The notes under the pieces: model-generated
What the model was told of the DNA's origin: nothing
The model's input: only the letters and a program-made list of their open reading frames with translations
The model's database searches: none
Program-made: the position numbers and the translations under genes
Part shown: in pieces, positions 58,308 through 64,000 of the stretch
How the letters are laid out: every line of letters begins with the position of its first letter
How positions within the stretch are numbered: the first letter of the stretch is position 1
Assembly (NCBI GenBank): GCA_041746255.1
Contig: JBGTHM010000005.1
Span: 32,001-96,000, forward strand
Direction: 5' to 3'
Origin: Fibrobacteria bacterium
GTDB lineage: Bacteria; Fibrobacterota; Fibrobacteria; UBA11236
Length of the DNA stretch: 64,000 nt

Positions 58308-59398
58308 AATTCCGATTTTATGATCCTCCGGGAACGGCTTTCCCGGAAAATCGCCCACCCTTGGCAGAGCACAACCAAGCCGATCAGCACCACATCGCCC
58401 TGCCATGAGCTGTCGAAAGGCCGTACCCCCAACGATACGACCCATAGCGCCAAAATCAGGAGATGGAGAACGTAAACCTGCAGGCTTTTTCTTCCCATGG
58501 CGAAGGCTTGTCCCGCTATTCGGGAATGGAAACGTCTCAAGGCATGGAGTCCCGCATAGAGCAGGCAGCACAACCCGATAATCATAGGCATCAAAGCGGG
58601 ACGAAGGTTGTAATAGGCGACATTTTTGGCTGGCCCCCAAAACCCCGCGGGCATCTCGCGGACATAGCCATAGCGCCCCAGAGGTTTCGAAAAAAGCGCT
58701 TCGAACGAATGCATCCAAAGGGAGCCGGCCACCAGGAAAAAACCTGCGATGAGTATCACCCGAGCCGCCTTATCGGGATTTTTACGGGAATGCAAAACTC
58801 CCAGGGCGCCCAGCACTGTGAATATCAATAGCGGCAGCCAGGGGCTATTTCCGGAAGTGAGCATGAAGATCTCCCGCCGGGTAACATCCAAATAAAGGTA
58901 CAAGGCCGTTCCGGACATCGCGGTAATCCACAACGAGATCTGCGGATGGTTGGAACTCACCGGAAGCGAAATCAGAATCAAAGCGAACGCGATGGTAACC
59001 AGAATCCCGCTGGATAGGAGCGCATCCGGGAGATAAAATCCATGCTCGAGCGCGAAAAAGAGGGACGACAACGCGAACAACCCGGCCGCCCGACGCATCG
59101 TTCGTTTTAGCCAATCACCGCGCCCGGCCGATCCGTGCGCCATCCAGGATCGCGCCAATGCGGCTCCCACCAGCAGAAGAAAGAGGGACGCCGTGAGGGG
59201 TTCGATGAGCATGGCCAAATCACTCCACCATCGACGCGCATCTTTCTCAATCAGCCTGGTTGTATGCGAAGCCATCATCAGAAGAATCGCGACGGTGCGC
59301 AGCGCATCCAGGGAGTGATCCCTCCTTTTTGCGCCTGTCACCGACGACTCCCATTCGCTTCGCGACGCAGTTTTCACAAGGTCGGACGGCTTATCCAT
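58304..59398 (-). CDS. Membrane acyltransferase (DUF1624/HGSNAT-like)
   Basis: RDHSLDALRTVAILLMMASH, FLLLVG, MGRKSLQVYVLH; many TMs. Confidence 0.8.
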   Translation of the reverse strand: MDKPSDLVKTASRSEWESSVTGAKRRDHSLDALRTVAILLMMASHTTRLIEKDARRWWSDLAMLIEPLTASLFLLLVGAALARSWMAHGSAGRGDWLKRTMRRAAGLFALSSLFFALEHGFYLPDALLSSGILVTIAFALILISLPVSSNHPQISLWITAMSGTALYLYLDVTRREIFMLTSGNSPWLPLLIFTVLGALGVLHSRKNPDKAARVILIAGFFLVAGSLWMHSFEALFSKPLGRYGYVREMPAGFWGPAKNVAYYNLRPALMPMIIGLCCLLYAGLHALRRFHSRIAGQAFAMGRKSLQVYVLHLLILALWVVSLGVRPFDSSWQGDVVLIGLVVLCQGWAIFRESRSRRIIKSEF

Positions 59399-61398
59399 TC
59401 AGCGACGGATTTATGGTACTCCTGGGATCCCGCATAACGGGTGAACCCCCAACGCCGGATACCTGTTTCGACCTGGGGAATCGTAACCGTTTCACCCGCT
59501 TGCAATTGTTGCAGGTTTTTTCCGGGGTTGTGTTTTTGCAACAGCCAAAATGGAATTTGTTGTTCAAACGCCCACATCCACAAATTGAAACCGCGCCCGA
59601 TAATTTTCGGCTCCAGGCTCGAAACATGGTAGTTACCATAAAAATCCTCTTCCACCGCGCGATAGCGTTCCTCGCGTTTTGCAAGAAAGCCTTCTATCCG
59701 GGATTCATCCGTGATGGGTAGGCGAAATGAACGGTTCACGCGAAAGTCGCTGGAATTACGGATGCGGTTGACCCGTCTTAATTCCCGGGTGGGAACGCCC
59801 GACCATTCCGCGTAATGGGAAAGGGTTTCCTCTCCTCCCACTAAGATGATTAGAAAACCATTCTCGTAAGCGTGTTCCAATCGATACACGCCCGGCTCGA
59901 AACGATCCACCGGGTGGGCGAGTTTTTCCATATCGGAACTTAAGAGCAAGAAGTCCGCATCGACTCCTGATCCCTTGGAGAAAGTTTCCGATATATCGGA
60001 AACGGAAATCGCAACGGGCAACGGTTTTGGAATTCCGGCCGCTTCGCCTTCCAGGGTAACGCCGGCTGCGATAATATCCGATTCGGTTGATGGGTGACCG
60101 GCGGGCTTCATTACCGTTGTCGCCATCGGCAATTCCTTCCCCGGCTTACTTTCCTTTTTTCCGGTCACGGCTACGGTCACTGCTGCCGTTTTCTCAGGAA
60201 CGTTGTCGACATGATCCCGCAGCGCCGTTTCGATGCGAGGCGCCGCGGCTTGCTCCGTCTTGGCCAAAACCGTAGCCATCAGGCCTTCGTCCACATCCGC
60301 CAAAGCCACTTCCACCGGCAGGCGGAGGGAGTAACCCTTGGGAATGATACCACTGCGACGGAAGGTCGTAGGGCGCAGCGCCAGGTTGTACTCCTCCAAC
60401 TCCAACATCGATAAGCCCGTGATCCGGGATATCTCATCGGGAGAACTTGCTCTGCTCAGCACCGTCTCGTGGAATCGCAGCGGCTCCCATTTTTCCAGAC
60501 GCGGATATAGCGAGTCGGCCTGCATCGCGATGGACGAGGCGGCCAGAAATTCAGCGTAAAAGTTCTTGGAGGCAAATCCGAAAGTCTGCGAAGAATAATT
60601 GAGGATGATGGTCTCCAGATTGCGGGTGCCCGTCTGCCGTATCGCCCGCGACATGCCACCCGCTCCATGGTTGTAGGCCACCAAGGCCAATGGCCATGTC
60701 TGCAAGCGCCCAAAATTGGATTTGAGCAACTTTCCCGCAGCACGGGTAGAGCGATATGGATCGCGCCTTTCATCCACATGGTAGCCTATGGTCAGGTAGG
60801 GCTTTCCCGAGGCCTTCATGAATTGCCACATTCCCGCGGCGCCAACCTTGGAATAGGCATGCGGAAGAAAAGAGGATTCGACATGCGGAAGATACTTCAG
60901 CCGGGTAGGGATACCCTCGTGTCTGAAGGTGGAGTCGATCATGTCAAGATATCGGTATGACCGCTCAATTCCTTCGCGGAACCGGTGTTTGATTCCCCGT
61001 TGGAAGCGGATTTTTCCCGCCGCGTCAATCAGCGCTGCCGAATCCCAGTGTGAGGGTAGACGGGCGCGCAACGCATATTCCTCGGCACTAAGCGATCCGC
61101 TTTCCCCGCCGGCCAAGGCTTTTAGCTGTAACTCCAGCCGGCGCGTCTCGTTCGCGACGATTTCGCGGGCCGCCGGCGAGTTTTGTTTGTCCGCCGCGAT
61201 GCGGGCATAGACGATACCAAGATCGTCACGGTGGTGTAATAATCCTTCGTCGTCACCTACGTGATAATAAATATCGAACCAGAAGCTCGCTTGCGTATGA
61301 ATGTGGGAGCCGGCGGTGAAAATATCGTCCGTAAGGATAGGCCGGGAAGCGGAAACCTGGGATGCCAAAAATCCGAAAATGACCAACGCAACTTTCAC
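59374..61398 (-). CDS. Lytic murein transglycosylase (MltD-like) with LysM-like regions
   Basis: LPHVESSF, SKVGAAGMWQFM, DERRDP, ALVAYNHG; GTG start after GGAGG. Confidence 0.9.
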   Translation of the reverse strand: MKVALVIFGFLASQVSASRPILTDDIFTAGSHIHTQASFWFDIYYHVGDDEGLLHHRDDLGIVYARIAADKQNSPAAREIVANETRRLELQLKALAGGESGSLSAEEYALRARLPSHWDSAALIDAAGKIRFQRGIKHRFREGIERSYRYLDMIDSTFRHEGIPTRLKYLPHVESSFLPHAYSKVGAAGMWQFMKASGKPYLTIGYHVDERRDPYRSTRAAGKLLKSNFGRLQTWPLALVAYNHGAGGMSRAIRQTGTRNLETIILNYSSQTFGFASKNFYAEFLAASSIAMQADSLYPRLEKWEPLRFHETVLSRASSPDEISRITGLSMLELEEYNLALRPTTFRRSGIIPKGYSLRLPVEVALADVDEGLMATVLAKTEQAAAPRIETALRDHVDNVPEKTAAVTVAVTGKKESKPGKELPMATTVMKPAGHPSTESDIIAAGVTLEGEAAGIPKPLPVAISVSDISETFSKGSGVDADFLLLSSDMEKLAHPVDRFEPGVYRLEHAYENGFLIILVGGEETLSHYAEWSGVPTRELRRVNRIRNSSDFRVNRSFRLPITDESRIEGFLAKREERYRAVEEDFYGNYHVSSLEPKIIGRGFNLWMWAFEQQIPFWLLQKHNPGKNLQQLQAGETVTIPQVETGIRRWGFTRYAGSQEYHKSVAEWISRPTL

Positions 61399-61486
61399 AT
61401 GGGCCTCCGGTAAGGATTTCGGATCGCAAGGGAGATTGCTCTAAAATAATCCATTGTCTGTGGCGCCGCAAAATTGCAGCGCCACA

Positions 61487-62719
61487 TCAATCATCGGTAT
61501 CGTCCGGATCGGAGTCGCCATCATCGGTGGGTTTGGGTCCTGCCGGCTTGGCGCCACCTTCTTCCCCCTTGCTCATCAAGGAAGGATGAAAATCGATTTT
61601 TCGAGCTTCCTTGGTTTCTCCCAAGTGGAGAATTTCGGCGCAATCGTCGCAATAACCCAATTCCTTATCGATAGTGAATCGAACCGATACGACATTGATG
61701 CCGCATTTCGTGCACATCTGGGGCCTGAGCAGGTTTCTTTTGAAAATATGCTGATGTTCAAGCTCTTTTTCGATCCGCTCCACCAACTCCTCGGGACTTT
61801 CGTCGGCAGAATTGCCCCGACGACGATTTTGCACGTCAAGGGGTAGATGCGAAGCGGCCACTTTGTTGCCACGACGGACAATGCGCTCGTCTTCTTGGGA
61901 GATCTCCCGGAAGAAAGTCTTCACCGGCTTTTTCGCTACCTTGGGTGCAGGTTCGGCCACTTCACCCTTGGGTTTAGCATCCGCCTTTCCTTTGGGGGCC
62001 GCTTTTTCGGCCTTTTTCGAATCCTTCCCGGGCATAGTGGCATGGCCATTCAGTTTCTTGTCGGAAGGCGCGGTGGCGATTTCCGTTTTGCCCACGACCT
62101 TCGCCGTCGGTAGGGAAGATTTCTTACCATTGGTTACGCTTGGGGTCGCTTTCGCTACCACGGCTTTAGCGACCGAAGTTTTGGCAATCGCAACCTTGGC
62201 CGCTACCTTGGCTTTAGCCGGAGCGACTTTGAGGGCTATCGGGACGTTTTTTTTCCCGTTAGCCTTAGGCAATGCGGCCTTGACAACTTTGACCTTACCC
62301 AAGGTTGTTTTTACCGGCGCTCCCTTACCTTTTCCGTTTTCCGTGGAGGAAATGGTTTTTTTACGGGATGTCGCGACGGCCTTCAATGGTTTGGCGGCCG
62401 ATTTACCGGCCTTGGTCGCTTGTTTTACATTCTTTGCCGCAGCCTTGGATTTAATTGGAGCTTTGGTTTTTTCTTTTCCCTTGAGAGGAAGTTTTTCCTG
62501 TTTTTTCAATGGCTGCTTTTTCGGGGTGATTTTCTGGTTTTTGTTCTTGGTGGCCGTTTTGGATTTGGAAGTTGCTTTGACGGCAACTTTTCCGGCCAAT
62601 TTAACGGTTTTCTTTTTTACCGGTGATGATTTTCCAGCTACATTCCCGGCGCGGGCTTGTGGCTTCTTGGCCGGTTTTTTCGGTACTGCTTTTTTGGTTT
62701 TCTTTTTCGACAGGGCCAC
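61487..62719 (-). CDS. Histone-H1-like Lys/Ala-rich protein with a C-terminal C4 zinc finger (TraR/DksA-like)
   Basis: About 270 aa K/A/P/T-rich region; CTKC-x17-CDDC; acidic tail; GTG start after AGGAGG. Confidence 0.75.
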   Translation of the reverse strand: MALSKKKTKKAVPKKPAKKPQARAGNVAGKSSPVKKKTVKLAGKVAVKATSKSKTATKNKNQKITPKKQPLKKQEKLPLKGKEKTKAPIKSKAAAKNVKQATKAGKSAAKPLKAVATSRKKTISSTENGKGKGAPVKTTLGKVKVVKAALPKANGKKNVPIALKVAPAKAKVAAKVAIAKTSVAKAVVAKATPSVTNGKKSSLPTAKVVGKTEIATAPSDKKLNGHATMPGKDSKKAEKAAPKGKADAKPKGEVAEPAPKVAKKPVKTFFREISQEDERIVRRGNKVAASHLPLDVQNRRRGNSADESPEELVERIEKELEHQHIFKRNLLRPQMCTKCGINVVSVRFTIDKELGYCDDCAEILHLGETKEARKIDFHPSLMSKGEEGGAKPAGPKPTDDGDSDPDDTDD

Positions 62720-62781
62720 GCCGTCCCTCCTTTCAAACGGAATTCAGGAAAAAGCTTATTCCGCCCACCTGAAGCCGTGCA

Positions 62782-63330
62782 CTATTTCACTTCTGTGATT
62801 TTCACGGATAAAATGGGATCGCCTCTTTCCAGCCGACTCAGCACGTCGAATCCGGAAACTATTTTGCCGAAAATCGTATGGTTGCCGTCGAGATGCGGCT
62901 GGGTCATATGCGTGATGAAAAACTGCGAACCACCGGTATTCATGCCTGCATTGGCCATGGAAAGCACCCCGGCCACATGTTTCAATTCGTTAGACTCATT
63001 TTCAATCGTCCATCCGGGGCCGCCGGTTCCATCGCCTTTAGGGTCACCACCCTGGGTCATAAAGCCCTGGATGATACGGTGGAAAGACAGGTTGTTATAA
63101 AATCCCGAGTCCGCCAAGTGAGCGAAATTCGCCACGGTATTGGGTGCTTCCTTGAAGAACAGCTCCAGCTTCATCGTCCCTTCGTGGGTCTTGATTTCCG
63201 CGAACATTTGCTTGAGGCCCTGGTAATCCCGGTTAAACTCCCGGCCTTCACTTTCGTAGGCGGAGCCTAGGGTGACTACAAAGAGAGGTAGAGTTATCGC
63301 AAGGAGCGAAATACGATTCAATAAGTGCAT
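62782..63330 (-). CDS. Cyclophilin-type peptidyl-prolyl isomerase
   Basis: [47 protein letters not shown]. Confidence 0.96.
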   Translation of the reverse strand: MHLLNRISLLAITLPLFVVTLGSAYESEGREFNRDYQGLKQMFAEIKTHEGTMKLELFFKEAPNTVANFAHLADSGFYNNLSFHRIIQGFMTQGGDPKGDGTGGPGWTIENESNELKHVAGVLSMANAGMNTGGSQFFITHMTQPHLDGNHTIFGKIVSGFDVLSRLERGDPILSVKITEVK

Positions 63331-63524
63331 AGTACCTAGCCTTGCTGAAAGATGAAGTGACCCGACGCTCGCGACGTCCCGGAACCATTTGGAAACGGAA
63401 AAATAACAAATTTAGTAAATTAGGCGAATCGGGGTCCCGCAGATCGAGGAAAACGACCCTTTTACGCCCAACCCTCAATTTCATACCTTTGGGGGCATTT
63501 TCCGCCTCCCCAACATCGAGTCAT

Positions 63525-64000
63525 ATGCGACCTCAAGCTGAAAAAATCCGCAATTTTTGCATTATCGCCCATATCGACCATGGCAAATCCACTTTGGCCG
63601 ACCGCATGCTGGAGCTGACCGGCACTATCATCCGCCAGAAAATGCAGGCACAGGTTTTGGACGATATGGATTTGGAGCGGGAGCGAGGTATTACCATCAA
63701 GTCCCATGCCATTCGCATGGAATTCAATTATTTGGACGAAAAATATTTCCTCAACCTCATCGACACCCCCGGGCATGTCGATTTTACTTATGAAGTGTCG
63801 CGTTCCCTCACCGCGTGCGAAGGGGCGATACTGGTGGTTGACGCCACCCAGGGAATAGAAGCCCAAACCCTCAGCAACCTATATCTGGCGTTGGGAAACG
63901 ATCTCGTCGTCATCCCCGTTATCAATAAAATCGATTTGCCCTCAGCCCATCCGGACGACATCGCCGAGGAATTGGGGGAAATGCTGGGCATCGACCCTAA
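63525..64000 (+). CDS. lepA: Elongation factor 4 (N-terminal part only; runs off the window edge)
   Basis: Not in the ORF track. Manual translation: [27 protein letters not shown]...ERERGITIK...[19 protein letters not shown]...NKIDL. Confidence 0.97.
   Translation, partial: MRPQAEKIRNFCIIAHIDHGKSTLADRMLELTGTIIRQKMQAQVLDDMDLERERGITIKSHAIRMEFNYLDEKYFLNLIDTPGHVDFTYEVSRSLTACEGAILVVDATQGIEAQTLSNLYLALGNDLVVIPVINKIDLPSAHPDDIAEELGEMLGIDP

Noticed and set aside
61812..62798. 328-aa plus-strand hydrophobic ORF
   Set aside because: Antisense shadow of the Lys/Ala-rich gene (Lys codons read as Phe/Leu).

Overview
Gene-dense bacterial chromosome segment (about 55% GC by eye) with about 58 CDSs. It is most likely from the phylum Fibrobacterota. 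This is inferred from a TIGR02147-type gene coupled to a lipoprotein, a VWA protein with a FlgD-like tail, and several secreted proteins with T9SS-like C-terminal domains. Recognisable core genes are uvrA, apbE, mgtE, thiE, trxA, lspA, dsbD, lhr, an MltD-like transglycosylase, a cyclophilin and a partial lepA. I saw no rRNA, tRNA, CRISPR array, transposase or prophage. The most notable observations are: (1) an envelope redox module (beta-barrel, diheme cytochrome c lipoprotein, DUF5777-like barrel, Tat-Rieske lipoprotein, plus a convergent cytochrome c) divergent from an ECF sigma/anti-sigma/Spy operon; (2) a histone-H1-like protein ending in a TraR/DksA-type zinc finger; (3) a three-gene DUF4349 operon with AB+A+B domain architecture; (4) two gap-free copies of a ~100-bp MITE-like element with an IS630-type C-TA...TA-G signature; (5) a TIGR02147 gene that appears to need an ATT start codon; (6) degenerate HD-GYP and receiver domains. 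All family calls come from motif recognition by eye, not database searches. Several start codons were adjusted from the ORF track.
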